Positions 26,671-38,100 of a stretch of DNA of 64,000 nucleotides are shown here, in pieces (within the stretch, counting starts at the first letter, position 1; every line of letters begins with the position of its first letter). A program made the position numbers and the translations under genes. The notes beneath the pieces were generated by a model. The model saw only the letters and a list, made by a program, of their open reading frames with translations. It searched no databases and was not told the DNA's origin. The DNA comes from Marsupella aquatica (taxonomy: Eukaryota; Plantae; Marchantiophyta), in the NCBI GenBank assembly GCA_973895155.1, contig OZ316895.1:17749437-17813436 (forward strand), in the 5' to 3' direction.

Positions 26671-27519
26671 CCCCCTTTTTTCCTCCCACTCTCTCTCCCA
26701 TTGCCTCCACCCCCCCCCCTTTTTCTTCCCTCCAACACCATTAAAAATGGGACCAAAAAACTGGTAATAAATGACAACATTAACCAGTACTCCAAAAAAA
26801 TTTAAAATTCTTATAAAGCAAAGGGTGAAAAGCCTTTCTCATGTCAACTACTTCTCCTTTACTCGCGCCAAGCCAAAAATTTCAATCTCTGGTGAACTTG
26901 TTGCTCCTTTAATGGGCCATACCAAAAGGTACTTTATGCAGTGGCTCTAATATGTACCCTAGCATATGTATTATAGCTTCAAGTACCCTAGTGTAAAGTA
27001 ATCTTGGGTGATTATTTCAGTCAATCCAAGAGTCTCAAATAATCATAGATAGCATTTGATCACACAATATTGTTCCCTTCCTTTCAGTTGTCTAAATGGA
27101 CGCTTGGAAGGGATTTGGCAGGATCCCTTATTGAAGTAGATAGCTTTTGGCTTCTAAAAGATTCTGAATCCCTTTAAAAAAAGTGATGGACACTTGCATG
27201 CACTTCTCAAATTTGACTTCAGTTCTAAGACACACAAAAGTCTAAACTTTATGAGCTAAAATACAAAATGACTAGTATGGGTAGATTGAAGGCAGTTCCT
27301 GGAGTATGTACAGCAGTCCTAGAGTATGTACAAAAATACTTTATGAACTTCCCCTTCATAGTTATGATTTGAATCAAAGGCATGTTATACTTCAAGTGTG
27401 TACCCCTGCGTGCATTAAGAGGGACAAGATTATCATACGGACATGAGTGATCAACTTATGGACACGAGTACATACAGGGCTTAAGAGTGTGTATAGGGAG
27501 GTTGGCTATGCATGGGTAC

Positions 27520-27862
27520 TGTTGAGCATAGACGACACCCGTAACGGTAAGCACATGACACATCCACTACGCAAGTAGTCGACGCAAGAGATACGTGGTT
27601 CACCTCCTCGAGACTACGTCCATGGGAACACACAAGAGAGCTTTACTGAACTCTAAGCCCGTCGGCCATACCAAGTCTCCACAGTGTAAGCTCTCCTCAT
27701 CTCTCAAGTGGCTCCGTAACAATGAGCCTAAGTTCCACTTATCCAAGCAAACACCGCTTGGCATATAGTGTGCATCCTAGTTAACCTAACCACGTCTCCG
27801 ACTATGGTTAGTCTAACTATGGTTACATGCCGTAACTCTAGACCTTGAGTAAATACCTAACA
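27520..27862 (-). repeat. 3' LTR of the Tork-like copia (PPT AAGGGGGAGAT at 27863-27873, minus strand)
   Basis: Differs from the 5' LTR at 9 of 343 positions by manual comparison. Confidence 0.95.
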
Positions 27863-28054
27863 ATCTCCCCCTTGACTCTGGTCTAGGGGAAGGTAATACT
27901 GCTAACCTATATGATTCCTCAGCAGGAAGTTCTAGACGAAAACCAACATGGTTTCCCCTCTCTAACTAGATCAAACCAGAACTAAGTCGTAGCCTATTAC
28001 TAGGAGTGAAGAAGAGCATATATCAGTAATCACAGCAAATGTTAAGAAAAACCC

Positions 28055-31000
28055 TTACTTGTGATGCAATTGCAAAACTTGCAGCACATCACGATGTCTA
28101 GAGAAACTTTCCGAAGGAATCACTTTGGTAAATGCATCAGTTGGGTTGAGTTTACCGTCTATCTTGACTAGCTCAAACAAATTATCAGACACAGTCTGCC
28201 TGATAAAATGGTACCTGACGTCTATGTGCTTCACTCTACTGTCCATCACCTGGTTCACAGCAAGATGGAGCGCACTTTGACTATCACAATGGAGCTTCAC
28301 ATTCCCTTGTGGCAATCTCATTTCAGTGATAAGTCTATCCAACCAAATTGCTTCCTTCGCTGCTTCCGCTGCTGCAACATACTCCGCTTCTGTAGTAGAC
28401 TGAGCAATACACTTCTGCAAGTAGTAGACCTCCAACTTATGCATCCACCGCCAAGTGTGAACACGTACCCTGTTGTTGATCTCCTTCGGTCCAGATCTTG
28501 TCCATAGTCAGAATCTACATAGCCAATCAATGATTTTGCATTCTTTGCATTTGTATCAAATAGAAGACCATGATCCACGGTACCCTTCAAGTACCTGATA
28601 ATCCACTTCACTGCTTCCCAGTGTACCTTCCCTGGATTCGACATGTACTTGCTCACCTTGCCCATAGCCATGGCAAGATCAGGTCTAGTGTAAGTCATCA
28701 AATACATGAGACTTCTCACTGCCTTATCATAAGGAACCCTTGACATCAGCCCCTTCTCTGTCGCATCTGTGGGACAAAAATCTGATGCCAATTTGAAGAG
28801 TGCAGCCAAAGGAGTACTTTCTGGCTTACTACCCCCCATGTTGAACCTAGCAATTACCTTCCTTGCATAACTGCTCTGTGTCAACCATAGCTTACCAGCC
28901 TCCAAGTCCCTAGTGATCTCCATACCCAAAATCCTCTTAGCTGGCCCTAGGTCCTTCATCTTAAACTCTGCACTTAGCAGTGCCTTAAGCTTAACAATCT
29001 CAGACCTATCCTTGGCTGCAATAAGCATGTCATTCACATAAAGTACTAAAACAATGAACCCAAAGACAACATTCTTCACCGGTTTCAAATATACACAAGG
29101 GTCAAACACAATCCTGTGAAAACCTTGTGACCGAATCCAATCGTCAAACCGCTTGTTCCACTGTTTTGGTGACTGCTTCAACCCATACAAGGATTTTAGC
29201 AATCTGCAAACCAATTTCTCATGTTCTCTCTTCATAAAACCTAGCGGCTGTCTCATGAAGATCACCTCTTCCAAGGTGCCATAGAGGAAAGTTGTGACAA
29301 CATCCATCTGATCTAGCAGCAGACCAAACATTACAACAAGCACACACAATAGCCGTATTGTAGAGTACTTAGCAACTGGTGAGAAGACCTCATTGTAATC
29401 CACACCTTTTTCTTGTATGAATCCTTTTGCTACCAACCTAGCCTTGTAGACCTTCGATCCACCTCCTGCGGAATTATCCTTCAACTTGTAAATCCACTTG
29501 TTGTCCACCACTTGCTGACCCTTAGGCAACTTAACAAGCTCCCAAGTTTTGTTGTCCTTCAGTGACTGCATCTCCGTTTGCATTGCTGCAGTCCACTCCT
29601 GCTTCTCCTTAGAAGCACTTGCCTCATGAAATGAAGAAGGTTCTCCTTCTTCCAAAACCAACGCATCACCCTCATCATCAGTTGCAAAATCATCCTCTTG
29701 TAATTGAGATGAATCAACCCACTGTCCATACCTAGGAGGAGCGCGTACAGTGCGACCAGATGTTCTTCTAGTCGATGACTCCGGTTGAATTGCGTCTACT
29801 GGTACAATTTGAAGCTCAGCAACATCCACTTGTTGCTCACCAGCATCAACAAACTCCTCTTGTTCCTCTGGCACAGGAACCAGCTCCATGCTTGGAGTAC
29901 CTCCTTCTCTCCGATCATGTACCTCATGATCAATCTCCCCCTCAACGAGATCCGGGATAGGAGATTTTCCTTTGTCAGTACGGGAGACCTGAGTATTCTC
30001 CCCCTCCTTCAATAATCTGGATTCATTGAAGGAAACATCCCTACTCACAATGAGCTTACAGGCAATAGGATCCCATAGCCTGTAGGCCTTCACACCACTC
30101 TGATACCCAAGAAAAATACATTTCTTGGACGTAGGATCCAACTTGGTTCTATTCTGCTTTGGTGTGAGAGCATATGCATCACTTCCAAAAATTACCAAGC
30201 CATGATAGTCTGCTTGCCGCTTATAACGCATTTCAAATGATGTTTTGAAATTGATTGCACTAGAAGGAGAAAGATTTACCAAATAAGTTGCAGTATTGAC
30301 AGCTTCTGCCCAAAATTCCTGTGGTAAACCTGATTGGCTCAGCATACTCCGTGACCGCTCCAATAGTGTTTGATTGAGCCTCTCAGCGACACCATTCTGT
30401 TGCGGAGTATAAACTGTGGTGAGATGGCAAGTTATCCCCTGTTCTGCACAGTACTCTTCAAATTCTATTGAAGTGTACTTCCCGCCATTGTCTGACCTTA
30501 GACTCTTCACCCTTGTATCCAAACACTTAACATTGTTTCCTGTCTGATTCTCCACTTGGGCCTTCCACTTTGTAAAAATGGACAAGATATCAGACTTATG
30601 CGTCATGAAATACATACAAATCTTGAGTAATCGTCAATGAAGGATACATAGTATAATTTTCCAGAATGTGAGGGAGTCGGGGATGGTCCCCACACGTCAC
30701 TATGTATGTACTCAAGAACTGCTTTGAAACGATGAGTTCCAACACCGAAAGCACGACGATGTTGCTTTCCAAAAATGCAATGCTCACAGAAATCCAATTT
30801 ACAAGACTGTAAATCATAAATGAGCCCATTCTTTCGCAAGATAGCCAAACCCTTCTCACTCATGTGACCTAGCCGTGAATGCCACAGTTGAGTTATTTCC
30901 TCGTGAGACTTGATTACATTGGCCTCTCCACATAGTGTATTGCCTTGCAACACATACAGATTCTTCTGTCTGCTCCCCTTCAAAATCATTGTCTCTCCCG

Positions 31001-32196
31001 ATATGACTTGAAGTTCACCATCAATTACTCGCCATTGATGACCATTTGTATCCAACACACTGAGTGAAATCAAATTCTTACACATGCCAGGTACAAACCT
31101 GACTCCAAACACTATGCGCACAATGTCATCAAACATTTGAATCTTTACAGACCCAATACCCTCAACTCGACAGGAGTGATCATTTCCCATCAAAACTAAA
31201 CCGTTTGACACAATAAGAATTGAAATACTCGTGAATGTAACAAATGTGAAAGGAGAAAGCACAATCAAGAATCCACACATCATTTGCTCTCCTAGATGAT
31301 GTGCACAGGGTATACTCCTAACTTCATAAAACATACTCATCATTGAGTAAATCAACTTCTCCATCAGCACTAGCCACATTGGCTGATGAAGATTCAGCTG
31401 CCTTACCCTTACAATCCCTCTTAACATGACCAACCTTGTGACACTTCTAGCAGACTACTGGCTTTCTCTCCTGGGACTTCCCCCTTGAAGCAAATCTTGT
31501 CCTAGATTTACTTTGTCCCTTGCCATTCGTGCGCTGCTCGGGACGCCGCTGTGACCTCCCACGATTCACATTCAAGGCAGCATCAGATGACGATGCTGTC
31601 TGGGCTTGACCCAACTTCTTCTGTGCATGATCTGACAGCAAAGAGCTTACCACCTCATCGTATGAAATAGACTTCAAGTCTCTATACAAGAGAACCTGCT
31701 TCAAACCCTGATAAGATGGGGGTAAGGAGCTGAGAAGAAGCAAGGCCTTGTCCTCTTCTTCAACGCCCTTACCGAGATTAGACAAATCTACAGCTAGGCT
31801 GTCAAATTCATCCAAGTGATCCTAGAGCTTGTTTCCCTCTTTGAGTCGAAGGCTTATTAAGAGAGACTTCTTGTACAATTGATCTGATGCATCCTCTCGA
31901 TAGTACTTCTTCCTTAGGGCTTTGAATAGAGATGCGCAATCTGCGTAGTCATCCAACTTCTTGATGATATGCGGCTTCAGATAAAGTATCACCGCATTCA
32001 TTGCAATTACTTGTTCCTACCTCCACCTCTTTAGTGGAATCTCCTCCTCATCATCATACATCTCTCGTGTAGAGAGAAGATGATCTAGGCCCATAGCGCG
32101 AAGAACTCCTTTCACTTGCTTCTCCTAGAGCAAGTAGTCCGTACGCCCATCATACTTTTCCACCTCAAACTTGACACCTCCGAACCTGGATGCCAT
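28055..32196 (-). pseudogene. Disrupted gag-pol polyprotein of the Tork-like copia
   Basis: The gag start is MASRFGGVKFEVEKYDG, similar to Tnt1. Other motifs: integrase zinc finger LWHSRLGHMSEKG..CEHC, core IHSDVWGP..IDDYSR and LRSDNGGKY..QQNGVAER, RT YKARLVAKG, SLYGLKQS and YVNDML, RNase H YVDSDY and STTEAEY..KHIDVRYH. There are multiple stops and frameshifts. Confidence 0.93.
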
Positions 32197-33255
32197 CTAT
32201 TTTTCCTTCACAATCCCTTCTACTCGCTGCACCGGTGATTGTACCGGTGTCACCTGCGCTTCCTCCTGCTCTTCTCTCTCCTCCTCAAACCGTCGTGGTG
32301 ATCCTCGTGCTTCAAGATCCACTTCTTCAAAAATCTCCTCTGAATCACTCATGTGAGAATGCAAGAAAAAATGACATTTTTTCAATTTCTTCAAAAAACT
32401 CAAAACTTATCACCGCCGCGTAGCGCACAAGCCTAGCTCTCCAATGCTGAAAATCAGAATTGAAACCAAACTCCAACGTAAAAGTTATTCACTTTTTGGT
32501 CGGGGTGGGTAAAACTTGGAATTCTCCCCCGTTTTGACCACCTCGGGGAATAACAAAAAAGTGAAATAATACCCAACGTCGGAAATGCAATTCAATTTGT
32601 GCACCGCGTTGCCAACTCCGATGGCTAGCAACTTGCCAAAGACGAAGGAAAAAAGTTACCTTTCGGCGGACGGAATCTTTGACGGACGGCCAAAAACACG
32701 CTTTCTGTTTTTTGGGAATATTCTCGCATAGAGCAGCAGGGCTCACAGGGGGCCGTTCCCCCTCTCCAAGCGGTTAAAGTGGAGGGCGGCAGGTCCCGGG
32801 ATGCGGCAGCCAATGGGGAGGGAGGAAAATAAATAACAATTCAGGCCTAAAGGGGGTTTAAAGCCCCTTTCGGGGAAAAACAAGGTGTATGGGGTCGGGC
32901 CGGGGTGGAAGACGAGCGCGTAGGCGGGGAGGGTGTACGATTGGGCCAGGCCAGGAATATCGGGCAGCCACTACGGCTGCGGGCTGCCGAGGAGAGGGGC
33001 CGGGGCGCGGAAGTCAGCCGACGGGGGGGCGCGTGCGCACACCAGGGTTTAGGGTAGGGCAGGAGGGCAAGAGTCGCGACGGGGAGGGGGGGACGACTTA
33101 TTAGGGAGGGATCGTGTGTGTATACACACACCAAGTAACCCCCCTAAAAAAAACCGCAAAAGTGCCCCCCAAGAATACAAAGGATTTAACCACTCAGGGC
33201 CCCAAATCACCCCGGCACCGGTAAGGGCCCCAAGTAAATCAGTTTCCAATGCGAG

Positions 33256-33258
<3 letters not shown>

Positions 33259-33294
<36 letters not shown>
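33259..33294. repeat. (GA)18 microsatellite inside the copia 5' leader
   Basis: Direct reading. Confidence 0.9.
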
Positions 33295-33298
<4 letters not shown>

Positions 33299-35244
33299 AA
33301 CTTGTGTCCATACACATAGTATCACACCCTGATATAACTCAGGACCGATTGTTACTGACGACATAGCATTCCAAAATCCACGATTTACTCTTCAGTTGCG
33401 CGCATCGCCCATACTTATACTCATATCCATACACATATCATATAGATGGTAATAGCATACTCATAATTTCTTATATGCCGATCGCTGTTCAATTTAATAA
33501 ATGTACACTATTAGATGTTAATCCATAGAATCATCACTCACAGATATCATAAACATCGACATTCACCATACCCGTAAATCATTGGATCATTCGTAGCTTC
33601 TCATTATCATTAAAAGTAAATCCAGTGTATCCATTTACACATGCAATTTTTTGATGAGTGACGGCTTACTCCAATGTCTAGTCAGAGACATTGAGCATGG
33701 GCCATACTCTCTCCCTAGGGATCACGTGACTGAAGTGATCCACATCCCCTACGCCTTCATTCAGCCCCCGTCACAGGGTAGAAATAATGTGGTAAAAACA
33801 AAATCTTGTGTCCCATGTTTCTATAGCATTGTCCGGACGGCTACGGGGAGACATGGGCTAGGGATAGATTAGTCACTTCATCCTAAGCATCTATTTTACT
33901 GGAGCGATGATAGTATGAGCAACTTCATAGGTCAGAAAGCATTAGATATGAACATTTTCCCATACGTATTCACGCATTGTACCTATTTATTTTTATCACC
34001 CATTGGATTCTACTGAATCCTGCACAGTCAACACCTTTCCTCCTTCACGATCTGTGAACAGGTTGTCCCCACGAGCTGCAGCAGGTTGAAGCTGATCCTT
34101 GCCAGAACTGGCACGAGCTTGCTACAGTGTTTTATGCAACATCACAGACCTCAATGTGTGGTGTTTTTGCATAGCTTAGAATGTAATTCAGGAGACACTG
34201 GGCACAAACAACCGACTCAAGAAATGGCAATGCCGTTGCTTTGGCGGCGTTTTTAGGGTATTTTCCAGGGCCAAACGTGGGCGCCTAGGTTTGTTGGGTC
34301 TACTCCGATAGCCCAGGTTTATGTAAACCAATATTGATGTATTAGGATTGAAGTGTTATGGGGGTCATGTCCTTCCATATGACAAAGTCCAGACTTACAT
34401 CCACATCCCATTTAGTTTCCGAGGGTTGTCACCATTTGTCGTCCATGTTCCTCTCAAGATACAGAGAGAGAGAGAGAGGAGTATTTTTCGAGCAAGAAAT
34501 TGGCCCGTAAGAAATCCAAAAATGCTTGTGGAAATCAAACAAAAAGAGCTTGCACCTTATAACCTTTGGATTACGGTGAGGAATCAGAAGCCGATCTTGG
34601 TGGGTTGGAAAGATTTGCGCACCCGCACCATTTGCTGGTCAATCAGTGGCAAAAACTCAGAACTCCTTCCTCCCGTGGGCAAAATCGTCAATCTTAGACT
34701 CAAAACGATCACCTCTTTGTGATCTATCCGTTCAGCCCAAGCTCTTCACATCTCTTCCTCCGAGTCGAGCGCAATGATGAGAAATCCCGCTCAGGCAAAA
34801 GAAGACTCCATAGCCGGTCAGAAAATCAGAACGCTTCTTTTTCTCATCCCGTCGCACACGGTACTCACTTGGTAACAAATCAGCTACCAAAACGACCAGC
34901 TCGTCCCGATCTACAAGTGGAGCTATAGTATGTGATGTCTCCTTTGCCGTAGAGCTCACACCATCGGGAAAATAAACTCTGGTCCCTCCTCCGAAAAACC
35001 GTCAAACACGACTGTTGCCAACTTTCTTCACAAATTCCAGAACGATGAAAACTTAGATCTCTCCGCACCACAATCTCCGTTCAGCAATTTCTTCGCACCG
35101 TTGGAAAGCCCTTGCCCCGATCTATCTGTTGAGCCCATAAACTCCAAGTTCCATGAGACGGAACTCCGGAAAATCCACCGACACTCAACGCTGGAAAAAA
35201 ACCGTGACGAAATCCTATCACGAACAATGTCACCTCCCAGGCAT

Positions 35245-35256
35245 GCTCTAATACCA
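35245..35256 (-). other. Primer-binding site (tRNA-iMet 3' end), TGGTATTAGAGC with one mismatch to TGGTATCAGAGC
   Basis: Lies 2 nt inside the 5' LTR boundary on the minus strand. Confidence 0.88.
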
Positions 35257-35258
35257 AT

Positions 35259-35601
35259 TGTTGAGCATAGACGACACCCGTAATGGTAAGCACATGACAC
35301 ATCCACTGCGCAAGTAGTCGACACAAGAGATACGTGGTTCACCTCCTCGAGGCTACGTCCATGGGAACACACAAGAGAGCTTTACTGAACTCTAAGCCCG
35401 TCGGCCATACCAAGTCTCCACAGTGTAAGCTCTCCTCATCTCTCAAGTGGCTCCGTAACAATGAGCCTAAGTTCCACTTATCTAAGCAAACACCGCTTGG
35501 CATATAGTGTGCATCCTAGTTAACCTAACCACGTCTCCAACTACGGTTAGTCTAACTACGGTTACATGCCGTAACCCTAGACCTTGAGTAAATACCTAAC
35601 A
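35259..35601 (-). repeat. 5' LTR of the Tork-like copia
   Basis: Paired with 27520-27862, adjacent to the PBS, and followed by the TSD GGTAC. Confidence 0.95.
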
Positions 35602-35770
35602 GGTACATTTTAGGGGGTCCTGGAGTATGTGCAAAGAAAGGGGAAGGAGTGAAATGCATCAGTATGCAAGTAAGGAGATTGTGTTACCAGGGTTAGAGGG
35701 GGAAACTACATGCCTTTGATGCAAAAAGAACCAACAGGGTCACATCAATGGCATTCTGATAAATTTTTAA

Positions 35771-35991
35771 GAGCTTTTAAGTACATTGCCACTAAAGATG
35801 TTTGAATTTATAATACTGCCACGGTTTTTGTTCTATTTATAAAAATGCCACAGTTTCCATGTATAGCTCCCCTAGTTACTTTGGGGAGCTTGTCATCCAT
35901 GTATGAAACTATGGCACTTTTATAAATACAAAAAAAACCATGGTAGTATTGTCAATTATAACATCTTTAGTGGCAAAGTACTTAAAAACTG
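35771..35991. mobile_element. Hairpin MITE (Mutator-like), 221 bp
   Basis: Near-palindrome: TTTTAAGTACATTGCCACTAAAGATGTT... / ...AACATCTTTAGTGGCAAAGTACTTAAAA. It is flanked by the 10-bp direct repeat AAATTTTTAA at 35761-35770 and 35992-36001. Confidence 0.85.
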
Positions 35992-36086
35992 AAATTTTTA
36001 AACATTGTGGCAAACCAGGATTCCTGCTTAGAAACAATGGGAATAGGTAACAAATCTTAGTTCCACATTAAAAGCGTTAGTTCCAC

Positions 36087-37369
36087 ATTAATATTGTTAT
36101 TGGGTCGCACCTTCTGGAGATCGTTAAGATTTGCGGCCATCTGGGTGTTTGATCTGTTTTTGACTTGTGGTCTCATGCGGACGACAAGTGGAAATCCGTG
36201 GATGCTTCACTATTACACTTCAGGGGATTCTCTAGGGAGGCAAGCAAGGGACACTTGCTTTCATCCAGAGTATTCACAGATCAGCCTTCAGGGGACGTGC
36301 TTTTGACTCTATGGCCAGGCAATGGAGGTGGCTTGACAAAGATGTTGTTCCCCATTGCTTTAGGCTCTCTAACCATCGGGTGTATGAAATGCTCTAATTT
36401 TTGCAGGCTCAACCGGATCTGGAATGAAACTCTGACTGGGGCTGATTGGAGCAGGGTCTGGAGTGTGGTGTGGAGTGTTGATCTCTCCACTAAGGCAAAA
36501 ACTTTTCTATGGCGGATTTTGGCTCAGGGGCTCTTCTCTGGCTCTAGGGCGCTCAGGATGGCCAAATCTGACGGATCTTGTACTCTGTGTGTTGGCACTA
36601 TGGAAACTATTACCCACATTTTCCTTTTTCGCAGACACGCGACCTGTTGCTGGAGGATGGTCAGAAGTTGGCTAAATGGCTTTCTAGACATCAGCCGCGT
36701 GTCTATTGTTGGCCTGCTCTCATCCACCTTGGGGAAGGAACCTTTGACTACATTGCGTCTCTTCCTCTTACATCAATCTCTATGGTGTATTTGGTTGGCG
36801 AGGAATTCTCAGACATTTGACCCCTCCAAGATGAGAACTTTTGACCAGTTACTGATTTTTTCTGAAACCTTAGATCACTCGACTGCTGTTACTGCGGCCT
36901 CTGCCCTAGGCAAGAAACACCGCCGGCTCACTCGAGCCATCCCGCTCTTAACCGCAGAGCAACTTAGGATCCTTGGTAGCAGTGTACACCGCACTGTTAC
37001 CTGTACACTGACTTGCGTTAATCCTGGCTGAGGCTGCCTCTCGTTTGCATAACCAGCAACCCACTCTGCTCTTATTTTGAAGCGTAAGACTACACCGTTT
37101 CTTATAGTACTCAGACTAGTGCTAGGTTAAGTTAAACACTGTTCGGACCCACATTGTTGTTTCCTTGGTCTGATCATTGTGTTGTACTTGGGACTTTGTC
37201 CCCCTTGACAGGAACCATCATGTTTTGACCACACACTCTGTCGTTGTAGTGGGGTCATTGCTCTTTTCTGCCCTCGATGGCTTGCCGCCTTCTGGCCTGC
37301 TTGTTCCTACCATCAATGGGGTTCACGCTGAATTGAAATTAAAATTTAAAAATAAAATAAAATAAAATT
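36087..37369 (+). mobile_element. 5'-truncated L1-type LINE: zf-RVT/C-terminal ORF2 remnant, 3' UTR and (AAAAT)n tail
   Basis: ORF 36165-37031 contains WSRVWSVVWSVDLSTKAKTFLWRI...CTLC...ETITHIF...LWCIWLARNSQTF. An A-rich tail is at ~37338-37367, and a candidate TSD is described under findings. Confidence 0.82.
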
Positions 37370-37564
37370 AGTGTTAGTTCTGTTATAACCCCAAAGGATT
37401 TAGTCTCCTAACCTTGGATTAATCTCCTAACCCATATGTTAATCCCCTAATACTTAGGTGATTAACCCATAGGCAGTTATACCAACCACCTGGATGTACC
37501 ACCAGGCATGTACTTATATATCTTGGAGAAATGAGGAAGTGTCAATGTTATGGTGTATTTAACA

Positions 37565-37578
37565 CGTTATCAGCACGA
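37565..37578 (+). other. Non-canonical PBS CGTTATCAGCACGA, complementary to the anticodon arm of tRNA-Ile (half-tRNA primer)
   Basis: Directly follows the 5' LTR and lacks TGG. Its reverse complement TCGTGCTGATAACG matches recalled plant tRNA-Ile(AAU) TCGTGCTAATAACG except at the wobble position. Confidence 0.75.
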
Positions 37579-38100
37579 GAGAACTCGAGGGAATTTTTTT
37601 TACAAACGATTCCTCAGCCATCGCCTTATGATTTTAATCCCTACATGCACAATCTTTTCAAACAATGAGCCAATCGGGATCCCAACCATGGGGAAATTGC
37701 ATTCACAAATCACACACGGAAAGGGGGAACCCCAAGATAAGGCGCGCGCGATCATAAGCCAACATCAAAGTACCAAAAACCAAAGATGAAGCCCGACCAA
37801 ATTGGAACGGACATCAAGTGAGAGGAAACGAGGCCAACGTTAAAACACACCATCAACAGCTGAGCAGGGGACGGGCAAGGAGGACGATCCGACCAGGGCA
37901 ACACGCCAAGAGACAACAGGGCGTATGAACAAACGCGGACCGAACCAGCCATAAGATTTGAATCCCTGAACCCATCTATCACTCTGCGATTCTCAATTCA
38001 AACTCAAGATCAAATATACCGAACCGGGATTTATTAAATAAAACTCTAAGGAACAAACAGAGGGAGCGAACATACGAGCCACCTCCGAATTCAATCTGAA

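Larger units (their letters stand above)
27520..35601 (-). mobile_element. Full-length Ty1/copia LTR retrotransposon (Tnt1/Tork-like), 8082 bp, inactivated
   Basis: 343-bp TG..CA LTRs at 27520-27862 and 35259-35601. The 5-bp TSD GGTAC is at 27515-27519 and 35602-35606. PBS and PPT are present, and the domain order is gag-PR-INT-RT-RH. Confidence 0.96.

Noticed and set aside
33651-33695. Hammerhead-like TTGATGAGTGAC...GTCAGAGAC
   Set aside because: Core nucleotides deviate from CUGAUGA and GAAA, and stems I and III are not evident. An ordinary hairpin explains the region.
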